Assembly (NCBI GenBank): GCA_964484135.1
Contig: CAZAEL010000002.1
Span: 4,700-68,699, forward strand
Reading direction: 5' to 3'
DNA from: an uncultured Elusimicrobia bacterium
GTDB lineage: Bacteria > Elusimicrobiota > Elusimicrobia > FEN-1173
DNA length: 64,000 nt
How positions within the stretch are numbered: the stretch's first letter is position 1; every line of letters starts with the position of its first letter. Made by a program: the position numbers and the translations under genes. Shown piece after piece: positions 15,001 through 23,646 of this stretch. The notes below the pieces were generated by a model. That model was not told the DNA's origin and ran no database searches. It worked only from the letters and a program-made list of their open reading frames with translations.

Positions 15001-15768
15001 CTTGCCGCGCTCCTGGCCCTGTTGCACGGTCTGGGCGGGTCGGTCATGCAATCCTGGGAAACGTCGGACCGGGAACAGGGCCTGACCCCGGCCCAGCGGG
15101 CCGAGTATCAACGGTTGGACTGGGAATGGTTCGTCCAAATCCCGGTCTTGATGGGCCGCGACAACTTTGCGGAAATTGAGCAGGCGTACAACGCGGCGCG
15201 CCGTCGGGTGCTGGCCTCGGGCCTGGATTCGGCCTTCCACGCTCTGGACCAGGCCCTGGCCGTGGACGGGCCCGTGGCGGTGGAGGTGTCGGAGCGCCTG
15301 CTGGGCGAGGACCTGACGCCCCAGGAAGAGTCCACCCTCCATCTTTTGAGGGGCCTGTTCGCGCGGCTTTCGGAAGACCCCGAACTTCTGGCCCGCAAAC
15401 AGGTGGTCCTCGTGGCGGACGGCTGGAAACGGGGGGACATGCTCGCGGCCCTGGCGGAGCGGGCCGGGTTGGGGCCAGTGGTCGCGGCCCGCCTGCGGGA
15501 AGCGGCCGGCATCCGGACCCTGGACGCCCGCGCCGAAGGGGCCATGGCCGGCGACAGGATTTCGGTCCAAGCGGTCATGCGGCTCCTGCGCATGGGCAAA
15601 AACCAGGGAATGGACATCTTCGCCATGGACCAGAAGAATTGGGACACGACCGGCGTGGAGCACCTGGTGAACCTGCTCCTGGTCCTGTCCGGCGACCTGG
15701 TGAAGAACGCCGCCTCCGGCATCGGGGAGGCCATCGAGAAGATGGAGTTCATAAAAATACAGGCGTAG
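1..15768 (+). CDS. Giant multidomain membrane protein, 5'-partial (at least 5,255 aa within window; first in-window Met at 49; stop TAG 15766-15768)
   Basis: Single uninterrupted frame of 15.7 kb with no in-frame stop from position 1. All recognisable domains (TM modules, PLP-fold, MTase, GGDEY, HExxH, HEAT) lie in this same frame, so it is not a GC-driven artefact. Confidence 0.85.
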   Translation, partial: EDDTQAALAATPEQKKMVLVNRNLMLLEKLAGHAMTPVDWHYYDAKRPEVLRVVQDLEQMGQSLGDPLSLDAPQNVPAMLEPFEQFCRRALERNRALVDNLLQKLKEKAGPSSPSVAVLVAGGFHTDGLSQLLRSKDISYVVVTPKISEVPKESKYLDIFAHDPLPLEKLFAGETIYLAAERLLVLDGAQIKFSHTRLSAFRGLYRMFQPALQALFEEAGEDMETLQESLNRQSSEVSAALGEKELRIEIDRDISRRGFYSVLRYSLTAENGAPVRAQLAVMTKDKLAAAKQFLEEEGMQDAVHEAEITVDGETYVLVLFKSSSITDTLAGHWDKFRGWLSRMRPSAEEKPGGAATAALTAEERLTRLEKNPFIRRYFQAGSNHRAVFQEALKAFFDSGDPEVAAIAREVEALDPAEILSQAQAIIDGKEALRKSPGQTMTLRDLALADTSGAQDLHQLFNSTLYIAQSYFEDADMKGVELNGEVAWKTTFREGLIILRALEQPAAPEAAPAPSRGLQGALDRAGQWVRSLVKVDNLLIVIWGGGLFLAATALAFNAPFTAELASYLSEAGMAGRFMEFFTLLKFALPAFLTIGLASVLVRRDMARADSGTEASAEKEPGPGRLARLLASPSFLLLVSGGLLVLNIFLRAGILAYVDFMGSFDGTPTVEMLSQFSGQERLFLEFFFLKQGSPFLQAIWEPLKAASFFFLNDLLSLTFVVSGLLTAVKKLFSPDLYARLFRNKTLLMSILFTLYTMVSWEIGMDSGDTTVFLFSFVGMALWHALAGRVAARAAAAASDRDREGASRLGLPRLVSAGLGILTVFAFLSTVYTMASLGGIPMLGVVLPQAGGWAIHPEEVGTFSQFLSDNPALIVLPLLYALSRVVAGRMEAKGRAAEPAEKKEGEAGTFLGLFLMILMPASVGLMSAAPTFSAGLLLPGILVAGLALAALAAASLTRKLAPGGAVLRSAVVSSGLFVAQYFSFPVLINAIQDLWSRIFIIQFNITGGPFAAAADTGTALVGPVGAAGWFVSVVGVFLATFFAVHSVMKKFSSGRTKGRGAAEPPAAPGSWFGEDYERFVLDPALRAFFSLHARVWDDMVDSLAGWGLNRNAAEALRAAQDMDDAVALLMPHMGLYELTRHVFEAVSESVHASADDREFGGDISEALSVLERETGVGINPEDIQIVRGPPVGAEGDRLLGFAEDQTGRLKILVSPEVLREFRDGEETRDIARRQNISLEEAFRVVLVRALLHEVLETGGMSHENVQRTGFRTDGLASLNEMARMFALLQRTELGPLLREGDVGVDVRLSDTEVESAVALRRALELAIFNRRLGPPADETDRRTREILATHVELAYLETFPPDLRGQAAVQNDLLEELRSLRAQGATEEEIAQRIAEALGFEDAEAVRRAARILPMALPTEVLHTRGGDGRSAIDPKTGKTAYGNAAKPTPDVKVYSSSTSSPPTREAFDRMERVRQDLLERMLSNPGGVGAYFEGRMADVRRRILQVLGLEKMAGVTAVTTPSATDVELIPLMMAANRGKPVRNLVLTETGSGTKLAAGGLYIDDQAPDGTTVKGRKGKSIPGFPAQTTQVTEMSADASDLDRQVEDYVRANIGESTVIVHLVVDSKTGLTAPQFQTIAKLSKEYGDDLMVVVDAAQGRIEPRFLQDYLDRGWIVFSSGSKFWGGVPFSGVAVIPERLRKEFMGLKDVPEGLGEFLTAADLPADVPWRDRAGGWRNASLLLRWEAALFEMEAFLYGQGEQDEITREIVLRGVIQRWMDGVRELMDRKKARTGRRDAVEYKMTGRGSTNTIVSFNVKDRHGNNLAPAQLKKLHAWLHQDVSALLPKGAADWERDVAARKYLLGQPVDLTPQEKDESMKDGVLRITLGAPLARQLADQAGPDLDQDRVEKALEQEMEDVRVLLLKIQMIVRRWDAVEKAEEARRPPQTAAVPEPVQFVNPAVPRPSRVDRAPGQPTIAWDSTEPAAKGAETKKSLALFPEDVWALAPFSQALREMGIVQEPEDLVIAVRVNQPGLIDFRFYDKRGVYIVNLQLSTEDGGQTAWLGHIEPSFVRAKLNSLPPGEREAFQQQWREMTQDWLLTRVRPWLQGRGFTEWRVRPKAGTEPGKGDGFLLGIGFQWPPNGELHFMSQRLEGPTEAGQALGMAGGLGGLANRLAARTGRPLRDFIRLFAHGEEQFMGLVFVGLITIGLGVLFHAIGLDPSLPFLALLSGFPVALRQPLFRFLHRGDLYFVKETEVGTELVRGPPTAKQRQQLWRASGRFSETFFVSTLVLSGVFLLFDLLLQSYGISIHAHVWFLAAAALAGVRAGRTHARYNLSTEGPLAVPTVGTDRDLWPPDLTPDMPASGLIHALFDGAPIRDVQDLSSFPDGSPLNGATLKRVSIEPSGRLPASGLETLYYQLGIDNRDGTSHLPEALDLLYDDTGRLVALFPVFPDGETPSIPLVDLVHYYHDARLLKGLSGLGPDEFRERVEEINRSWTEFRKSTNRAFMTIRRYVDAKRWSDLVFDTARNALTHSEHVYARIDIANADRDMDIVSDMSPLGSRLRYSENGHQVLFPVFPTVYSPEKYSNQSNDDGFYRALLGKTKARFNINPDEDSKTLVVGTGSGMDSLIAALQTKGEIWVTDINPFAVESVRHLFRLAGIEHRLRTFVMDNVADERGNPRLLDGDGRPVQFDRVVWNMPIHSARPMERKDMRRARGLWDGVGPEVLQRFAGVLPRILKTDGMALVWNHDVMDNLGNNEVEMAFRTAGSYLGLSPEARETRGPFLSDTLSFPMAVERIGQRELGSNGKFPPYVIKHATAEGREDAEPVKDEMLLNYARRAALTQDDYEKLIRTGREDVMLALAERADAPEWVLRDLAGVGGKKLMSMLCKHPSLPPDVLLDMALRGEPFVRTMSMSSPAATFASLLVVHALGGQAGFKEAKDVIPDEKRYGALGDLLLRLSGPLTQALSGLPEAQRSWGNIPPNVKAELEELLRLEPVFQAAARLPADRWKNFGSTGNLGQDLSKLTAFVEISGGGQHPLGQDDFTTQEKEELLKNAWQSGARFLADDESFRAGLASEVRDILMAEPGSPAEPVLSLPQMRESVEALMDYLRQGPGAPVTIGGRAYDVRFHYTRDAAPFRTASGREAGAFTAIDGNTIHVYARDLPGLLHESLEFLVFPQNAAVSNDRRQHHTLAFFAEALVRGAPVRGGVAMPGRAFREVDRMTDEAVLRGFVEGYEAARAQLREKFSGQPEYLRYGLTLAEAMHSRARRNAEDLAESQEIFDRFMDNLRGIQPGQPAYEEAQKLLRFREQLTTETAVLSTALSAARHFHGDIQSMGLEDVLGNTRNWLEVFDEELNRASMISARSAAGLRMRKDIREVLMTDGAAVLSMHYLRERWRSGDIDRDVMDSLFTYTWQDWFQSRTDDRDLRARFGRILREVKFSVSLRRTMARVLYPRHGRIVRVTPLDGEALRGRRRLFVSTKDLLSLQSALRMLNALVDMLDPGKIRAGDRFVVYELPGAGTDGLGIKQQNDVFGYELANNLIQMRREKLKALMQEEFGGRVTLVMPIYDNFKENTFDLRMEVTGSLSSVQMREGLDRVRQRLRAEMTEEMRRGRFREALAAKRDLLRSYGITDIDAQNLFEVRFGFADVAEATDEERLAADIQAHQAMNFEEQEYSREAYEGLIGNLTRLSGELEREAPGIFRPVQDPELGEELVLRDEVVTHLRKQHAWEDLPAADRALFRDDPRVYRLAGELFRRLKIQDYIKKWNLDFATAADEAAVVREGVQSLSLFAEAHRDREMLPDKAVKPLRGIFRKTQRYLWGDPKNRRATSVHGFHSAAPFMSRPVYINIDVRNMGGMNITQFQLEVKRIKRALDRGDWEEVSRIQRSAADEVTRNFLRMQQIVAEEYQRVREAHQAAGKPSDQLVDGSRMVLADGRMLKGRELAEYLKTHPGAGQPLVSLVGGDEYTAVVDGRLLKGRALYEFLFRVRDRIREEAHIDIRLSVSALAPFFRYKHFRRGHLADHLAHAEVILRADDQTDVLKKAEKLRQQGHNVPDMIVVDGLDESGEEPIRFGIVQGRKGQPVRYDLAPVLQQAAIRPRQAMAAFAAATLPAGLLLALSAGLQLLTGQALDVAALIPILLAPVFLMALVWLASALGWAAKALGIRAGPVDAARLVPFLQEAQDDPSVAFFEVQNGVLKVNPAVKKFLSLLPQPVQNLILYGLGIVGHEVSHLQGHGELYAYGLTQIVPAFVGAMLFGLAGVWIAGMFGLSAVFAAVFIGVFGVAGAVAAVGIVSWAMMRHRLTAGNADFWFKKSLTDKPELTVRQWTYEILFERAKEKLAEMADTFRHPKKAFRELVKRAKREGAPFVIYAVTIEVLEDVVLPFLFPSLAAFFLIFHSEPIMYPLYFVVRKLLRGRMAEDEFHRYFREAEEEMREEASLARKWRFGVELKERLTLADILKYNRAKLASDHSEDASSTLTRVGERETAAKTIGRLLRKSRVAEPTKDEEREAVDSLVDRMRSDPDPWVRKTAAGALGKILDPRTIGPLQMALIQGDPAVQGAAARSLGAFGRDAADALPQLLLLAQTHRDMWIRVYCLTAVGLIASETGDAPGDIIEIVLAQAGSRDHPVRVAAVEALGRLRTADPRVKGALAEALKSPDPTVYELALWGHVRKFMNGDGTFTDGEIIDALEEALRSSDSKARGFARRVLHHRFHYNRKQLESLEKTAALSTVTGFRFVVADDPAEAARLAQTLQEDGANTVLWAGDFRRTRSETPLDDGGRLILGANLDEEAVRFKFGRIKEGLAIRLPMLDESRGKRARERSVVPRGTVYVVGNSNEIGQLGTLLRKQGIYPTLRAARVETTSQQSRRRIFRDVLRQIVIGQDQVRPWTPYVDRGWVHRVKVEPLDQDRDGLHGAFQDFTGTRQRALEAQQPAAVSTEASYEQFLALISANQINDAELVRLATDAMLQGADIRDVIAHRLANRAFQGLEGRNLSTADLEGLAALLALLHGLGGSVMQSWETSDREQGLTPAQRAEYQRLDWEWFVQIPVLMGRDNFAEIEQAYNAARRRVLASGLDSAFHALDQALAVDGPVAVEVSERLLGEDLTPQEESTLHLLRGLFARLSEDPELLARKQVVLVADGWKRGDMLAALAERAGLGPVVAARLREAAGIRTLDARAEGAMAGDRISVQAVMRLLRMGKNQGMDIFAMDQKNWDTTGVEHLVNLLLVLSGDLVKNAASGIGEAIEKMEFIKIQA
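1597..3130 (+). other. Giant protein: membrane module 1 (about 10 predicted hydrophobic helices)
   Basis: Runs of 18-25 hydrophobic residues (e.g. LLIVIWGGGLFLAATALAF, FLLLVSGGLLVLNIFLRAGILAYV, LIVLPLLYALSRVVAG, FLGLFLMILMPASVGLMSAA) separated by short charged loops. Confidence 0.5.
4500..5300 (+). other. Giant protein: PLP-dependent aminotransferase class V-like (cysteine desulfurase/SufS-like fold) domain
   Basis: Motifs STVIVHLVVDSKTG, LMVVVDAAQG and IVFSSGSKFWGG (S-x-S/H-K with candidate PLP-lysine, aag near 5031) in the order and spacing of fold-type I class V enzymes. Confidence 0.45.
6580..6990 (+). other. Giant protein: membrane module 2 (3-4 hydrophobic helices)
   Basis: FMGLVFVGLITIGLGVLFHAIGL, FLALLSGFPVAL, FFVSTLVLSGVFLLFDLLLQ, VWFLAAAALAGV. 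Confidence 0.4.
7790..8110 (+). other. Giant protein: HemK/PrmC-like class I SAM-dependent methyltransferase domain ((D/N)PPY-type)
   Basis: Motif I LVVGTGSGMDSLIAAL (7841-7870), acidic residue VTDINPFA, FDRVVWNMPIH (NPPY-like motif IV, about 8080-8095), with spacing typical of N5-glutamine/N6-adenine methyltransferases. Confidence 0.5.
11500..11930 (+). other. Giant protein: degenerate GGDEF-like (nucleotidyl cyclase palm) domain with GGDEY
   Basis: VYINIDVRNMGGMN (resembles the D-x-D-x-F-K-x-x-N-D region), then about 95 aa later PLVSLVGGDEYTAVVDG (GGDEY at 11881-11895). Confidence 0.3.
12290..13230 (+). other. Giant protein: membrane module 3 containing an HEVSH (HExxH) motif
   Basis: Hydrophobic helices (LPAGLLLALSAGLQLL, LIPILLAPVFLMALVWLASALGW, VPAFVGAMLFGLAGVWIAGMFGLSAVFAAVFIGVFGVAGAVAAVGIV, VVLPFLFPSLAAFFLIF). 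GIVGHEVSHLQGHGE at 12676-12690 is a zincin-like HExxH placed between helices, as in intramembrane/site-2-type metalloproteases. Confidence 0.4.
13540..14010 (+). other. Giant protein: HEAT / PBS-lyase-type repeats (at least 4)
   Basis: Repeating DP-x-VR-x-A-A-x-x-ALG units: DPWVRKTAAGALGKI, DPAVQGAAARSLGAF, HPVRVAAVEALGRL, DPTVYELALWG. Confidence 0.55.
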
Positions 15769-15794
15769 CCGCTTTTTTGTCTTTCCGTCGGTAT

Positions 15795-15823
15795 TTGACC
15801 GTCCCACCGCCATTTTGTACACT
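15795..15823 (+). promoter_or_regulatory. Candidate sigma70-type promoter for thyX: TTGACC(15795-15800)-17 nt-TACACT(15818-15823)
   Basis: Near-consensus -35 and a 17-nt spacer in the 124-nt gap between the giant gene and thyX. Confidence 0.4.
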
Positions 15824-15892
15824 ACCTTCCTGATTACGCCGTTTCTCTCCACGTTTGTTCCTGCGTTCTTAGCGTAAGTCAACGAAGTCCGC

Positions 15893-20018
<4,126 letters not shown>

Positions 20019-20115
20019 GTCTCAAGGGGTCTTGTCAGCCGGATTGACAACGGTGTCCAGGATGCCGCCGCCGACGGCTCGTCCGCGTTCCGCTTGTCCC
20101 CTTGGGAGGTCCGTC

Positions 20116-21057
20116 ATGAAGGTCTTTCACAGGCTGTTTGTTTCAGCGTTCTTTGTGTTTTTCGCCTTCGCCGCTTTCGCCAAAAACATCCCCGTTTATC
20201 CGGACGCGAAACTGGTCGTTGAACCCGGTCCGGCGGACGAACAGGCCTGCTGCGATTTCCTGGCCAAGGACGCGTACGGCAAGGTCCTTTCTTTTTACGA
20301 GAGCGCCCTGAAAACCAAGGCGCTGGACGCCCAGGGCCTGGCCGCCGCGTACCCGGCCCTCAAGCCCCACGTCGAGGCCATGGTCAAGCAGATGCCCCCG
20401 CAGATGAAGATTCGGTTCTTTGTCCTGAACGAAGTGGCGATCCAGGGGCAAAAAGGCGCCGAGCTCTTCGAGGTGGTTTCCACGCCCCAGGGCGTGACGT
20501 TCAATATATCGGAAGACCGGCTCCTTCCCAAAGACGGCCGCTTCGCCGTGGAGTTCGGCGAAAAAACCAGCGGGGCGCTGAAGGCCCCCAAGCCGTCCGG
20601 GACCGCGCGGCTCCTCGCGGCCCTGCCTTCCGCCGCGCCGCAGGGGTTCCAGCGGGGCGAGGTCCTGCAGGACGACGAGACCGGCCAGCCCATGGCGAGC
20701 GTCCCCTTCTCCAAGCTGGTCAGGCGGGGTTCGGGCGGCGAGGACGGCGGCGAAGACCAATACGTGGAGATCCAGGTCACCATCAACGACGCCGCGAGCG
20801 ACGGAGACTACGCCGAATACGCCCGGGACATGATCAAGCCGCAGCGGCCCGAGGAAAAGGCCGTGAAGGTCCGGGGAAAATATGACGGCAAGGAAAGCGC
20901 GGACCGCAACGAATACGGTTGCGTGGAGAGCCAAAAAGTTTTCCTGGTGGACGGCCGGTACCTGGTGGAGGTCCGGGGCCAGGGGGTCTGCGACGTGGCG
21001 CTTCTGGACCAGCTGATCGAAAGCATGGATTTGGCGCGACTTTCGGGAGGCAAATAG
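20116..21057 (+). CDS. Hypothetical secreted protein (signal peptide MKVFHRLFVSAFFVFFAFAAFA)
   Basis: GGGAGG RBS 6 nt upstream, N-terminal signal peptide, no recognisable catalytic motif. Confidence 0.6.
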   Translation: MKVFHRLFVSAFFVFFAFAAFAKNIPVYPDAKLVVEPGPADEQACCDFLAKDAYGKVLSFYESALKTKALDAQGLAAAYPALKPHVEAMVKQMPPQMKIRFFVLNEVAIQGQKGAELFEVVSTPQGVTFNISEDRLLPKDGRFAVEFGEKTSGALKAPKPSGTARLLAALPSAAPQGFQRGEVLQDDETGQPMASVPFSKLVRRGSGGEDGGEDQYVEIQVTINDAASDGDYAEYARDMIKPQRPEEKAVKVRGKYDGKESADRNEYGCVESQKVFLVDGRYLVEVRGQGVCDVALLDQLIESMDLARLSGGK

Positions 21058-21088
21058 GCGTGGACCGGACGCCGGGATCGAAGACGGT

Positions 21089-21643
21089 TTGAAAACCCTT
21101 GCCGGGTGGGAAAAGGTCCCCCTGCCGGACTACTTCCGGCTGGTGAACCACGGGCCCGTGGTCCTGATCTCCACGGGCGACGGCCGCCGGGCCAACGTGG
21201 CGCCCATCGCCTGGAACGTGCCGGTGAGCGACGACCCGCCGCTCTTCGCCATCGCGGTGGAACGCGACAACTTCACCCACGCGCTCATCCGCAAGACCGG
21301 CGCGTTCACGGTGAACGTGCCCCACGCCGGGCAGTTGAGGGCCGTGCAGTTCTGCGGTCGAAACTCGGGCCGACAGGGCGACAAGTTCCGGGCCGGCGGC
21401 CTGACGCCGGAAAAGGGTTTGCGAATCAAAGCGCCCCGCGTGCGAGGATGCGTCGCGTTTTTTGAATGCCGCGTGGAAAAGACGGTGCGCGCCGGGGGGC
21501 AGAGCGTTTTCATCGGCCGGGTTTTGAGCGCGTACGTGCGCCGGGGGTTTTTCCCAAAAAGGGTCTTGTCGCCCCGCGCCAGGACGTTCCACCACATGGG
21601 GCGCGGGGTGTTCGCCCTCACGGGCAGGCGGGTGAAGGTTTGA
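21089..21643 (+). CDS. Flavin reductase-like (FMN-binding split-barrel) domain protein; TTG start
   Basis: VVLISTGDGRRANVAPIAWNVPVSDDPPLFAIAV is typical of the flavin reductase-like family. Confidence 0.65.
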   Translation: MKTLAGWEKVPLPDYFRLVNHGPVVLISTGDGRRANVAPIAWNVPVSDDPPLFAIAVERDNFTHALIRKTGAFTVNVPHAGQLRAVQFCGRNSGRQGDKFRAGGLTPEKGLRIKAPRVRGCVAFFECRVEKTVRAGGQSVFIGRVLSAYVRRGFFPKRVLSPRARTFHHMGRGVFALTGRRVKV

Positions 21644-21644
21644 T

Positions 21645-21663
21645 AAAGGGGCTACGCCCCTTT
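21645..21663 (+). terminator. Hairpin AAAGGGGC-TAC-GCCCCTTT immediately after the flavin reductase stop
   Basis: 8-bp perfect stem with a 3-nt loop beginning 2 nt after the TGA; no clean U-tract. Confidence 0.35.
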
Positions 21664-21680
21664 ACCTGGTTCTTTGAATA

Positions 21681-21699
21681 AAGGGGACTCCGGCCCCTT
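21681..21699 (+). terminator. Second hairpin AAGGGG-ACTCCGG-CCCCTT, a tandem near-duplicate of the first
   Basis: 6-bp stem; sequence related to the 21645 hairpin. Confidence 0.3.
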
Positions 21700-21746
21700 A
21701 AACCCCGGTTTGCGCGGGGGCTTCCCGCCCCCTGCATCCCCGGGCC

Positions 21747-21774
21747 GATTTCTTTTGTGCGCGCAAAAGAAATC
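21747..21774. repeat. 28-bp near-perfect palindrome GATTTCTTTTGTGC|GCGCAAAAGAAATC (13/14 arm positions pair, one T-G)
   Basis: Read directly from the sequence; lies in the 337-nt intergenic region upstream of the VWA gene. Confidence 0.6.
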
Positions 21775-21979
21775 GACGAAAGAAAAGCGCGCCCCGAGGC
21801 AGGCATTCGCTCGGATTTTTTGGCCGGCCCACCAACTCCCCCGGCTTGACTTCCCACGCCGGGGATCGAACAGGTGGGCCTTCGGCTTCCAAAAAATGCC
21901 TCGTCTCATGACGCCTGCACGGGGATTAAAGGCATCAGACCGAAGAATCAATAGCAAGGGGAGATGGGAAGTGGCTGGT

Positions 21980-23059
21980 ATGGGCAGCAGCACGGCGCGG
22001 CAAAGGATGTCCCATCATAAGACAGTCGTCGTCCTGGTCCTGTTCTTTATGTGCGCGGGAAGGACGCTGGCCGGAAACGCTGAAAAGCGCGTCCTCTACC
22101 TGCTGGACTCCACGGGCAGCATGCGCGAGGTGATCGACGATGAGCGCAAGGTGGACATGGCCAAACGGGTCATGGGCGGCCTGGTCCGGGAGATGGACGC
22201 CTCCGCGCAGTTGGGGCTGATCGTTTTCGGCAACAGCCGGCGGGCCTGCGAGGACCTGTCCGTGACCGTGCCCTTTGCCGCGGGGTCGCGCGTCTCCCTC
22301 GACCAGGCGCTCCGCGGTCTGGAGCCCCTGGGCACCACCCCCCTGGCCGGGTCCGTGCGCGCGGCCGGCGCCTATTTGAAAAAGACCGGCCGGCCCGCCG
22401 CCATCGTGCTGGTGACGGACGGCGAAGAACAGTGCGGGGACAGCCCCCTGGACGCGGCCCGGAGCCTCAAGGCCCAGGGCCTGGACGTGGTCCTGCACAT
22501 CATCGGCCTGGCCGTCACCGACACGGTCCGCAAGGAGCTGGAGGAGATGGCGCACCTGGGCGGCGGCGCCTTCTACAACGCCCGCACCGAGGCCCAGTTG
22601 AAGGACGCCCTGCACCAGGCCAGCGCGGAACCGAACTTTTTGCGGCTGTCCGCCTCGCCCAAGCAGGCGGTCTATTCCAAGGTTCTTTACAGTTTGCGCA
22701 CGGACGAAACCCTCCGCCTGCGGTTCCGGCCCGTGCAGGAGGTGCTGGGGAACGGCGGACCCAACCTTATCCTGTTCAGCGTGGGCCCCAACGAAATGGA
22801 GCTGGACGCCAAGGGCGAAGGCTGGGCCGTGAATGTGCACCACGCGCCCCCCGCCCGTCTGCCCCAGGACCTGAAAATCCTGGACAACGACTGGAACGAC
22901 TGCCGCATCGTCAAAAGGGCGGACGGGTGCGAAATCCTCATCAACGGCGTGTCCGTGGCCCGGCTGGAGGACGCGGAACCCGCCTCGGCCGTCAAAGTGG
23001 GCGTGCGGGGGTTCGACGTGGACGTGTCCGGCATCTCGGTGGATTTGCAGCCGTTCTGA
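21980..23059 (+). CDS. Secreted von Willebrand factor A (VWA) domain protein with C-terminal DUF1080 (laminin-G-like / 3-keto-disaccharide hydrolase-like) domain; alternative start 22007
   Basis: Signal peptide MSHHKTVVVLVLFFMCAG. VWA motifs YLLDSTGSM...IVLVTDGEE. C-terminus DWNDCRIVKRADGCEILINGVSVARLED. Confidence 0.7.
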   Translation: MGSSTARQRMSHHKTVVVLVLFFMCAGRTLAGNAEKRVLYLLDSTGSMREVIDDERKVDMAKRVMGGLVREMDASAQLGLIVFGNSRRACEDLSVTVPFAAGSRVSLDQALRGLEPLGTTPLAGSVRAAGAYLKKTGRPAAIVLVTDGEEQCGDSPLDAARSLKAQGLDVVLHIIGLAVTDTVRKELEEMAHLGGGAFYNARTEAQLKDALHQASAEPNFLRLSASPKQAVYSKVLYSLRTDETLRLRFRPVQEVLGNGGPNLILFSVGPNEMELDAKGEGWAVNVHHAPPARLPQDLKILDNDWNDCRIVKRADGCEILINGVSVARLEDAEPASAVKVGVRGFDVDVSGISVDLQPF

Positions 23060-23069
23060 GGAAAAACCG

Positions 23070-23225
23070 ATGCCCATCAACGCGGCGTGGCACAAAAAGC
23101 ACCGGATGCCCAGGAACCCCACGGAGGAACAACGGCTGAAATGGCACGTGGCCCATGCCGAGGCCTGCGCCTGCCGGCCCCTCCCGCCCAAGCTCAAGGC
23201 CGCGTTGAAGCGCCGGGCGCGTTGA
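23070..23225 (+). CDS. Small (51 aa) conserved His/Cys-rich protein (MPINAAWHKKHRMPRNPTEEQRLKWHVAHAEACACRP...), possible zinc-binding
   Basis: GAGGA RBS 8 nt upstream. Ends 13 nt before the glycosylase gene. Below the ORF-track length cut-off, so I translated it by hand. Confidence 0.5.
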   Translation: MPINAAWHKKHRMPRNPTEEQRLKWHVAHAEACACRPLPPKLKAALKRRAR

Positions 23226-23238
23226 AGGCGCGGCGGAC

Positions 23239-23646
23239 GTGCGGATTTGGGACGTGCCGCCCCGGCGGCTCTGCCGAAACCACCTGCTGGGGGAACACCG
23301 GGAGCTCCACGCGGTTTGGAACGTGCTGACCCTGGGCAAAACGGGCTATTCCCGGCACCCCGAAACGTTGCGGTGGCGGGGAAAGCTCAAGGCCTTGTAC
23401 CTCCGGCACGAAAGGCTGGTCCAGGAAATGGAACGCCGGGGATACCGCCACAACAGTTTTTTGGAAAAACGCCTGGCCGCGGGCTCCGGGCGTCAGACGC
23501 GGTTCGTGGACCCGCCGCGAGAACAGCGGCGGATCCTGCGCCGCAAAAAATGCCCCTGCCCGCTCCGGGACGGGGGTTTCAAGGGGGGATCATCTCGCCA
23601 TGACAAAAACGGAACGCGGCGCGGCGGGCCAAGCCGAGGTGGATGA
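23239..23646 (+). CDS. Pyrimidine dimer DNA glycosylase / T4 endonuclease V family (Pyr_excise); GTG start
   Basis: N-terminus MRIWDVPPRRLCRNHLLGEHRELHAVWNVL aligns with T4 DenV ([20 protein letters not shown]); the 3' end overlaps the next gene by 47 nt. Confidence 0.7.
   Translation: MRIWDVPPRRLCRNHLLGEHRELHAVWNVLTLGKTGYSRHPETLRWRGKLKALYLRHERLVQEMERRGYRHNSFLEKRLAAGSGRQTRFVDPPREQRRILRRKKCPCPLRDGGFKGGSSRHDKNGTRRGGPSRGG

Noticed and set aside
21935-23197. 420-aa ORF on the minus strand overlapping the VWA gene
   Set aside because: Antisense GC-artefact. The + strand product has a signal peptide and clear VWA/DUF1080 motifs.
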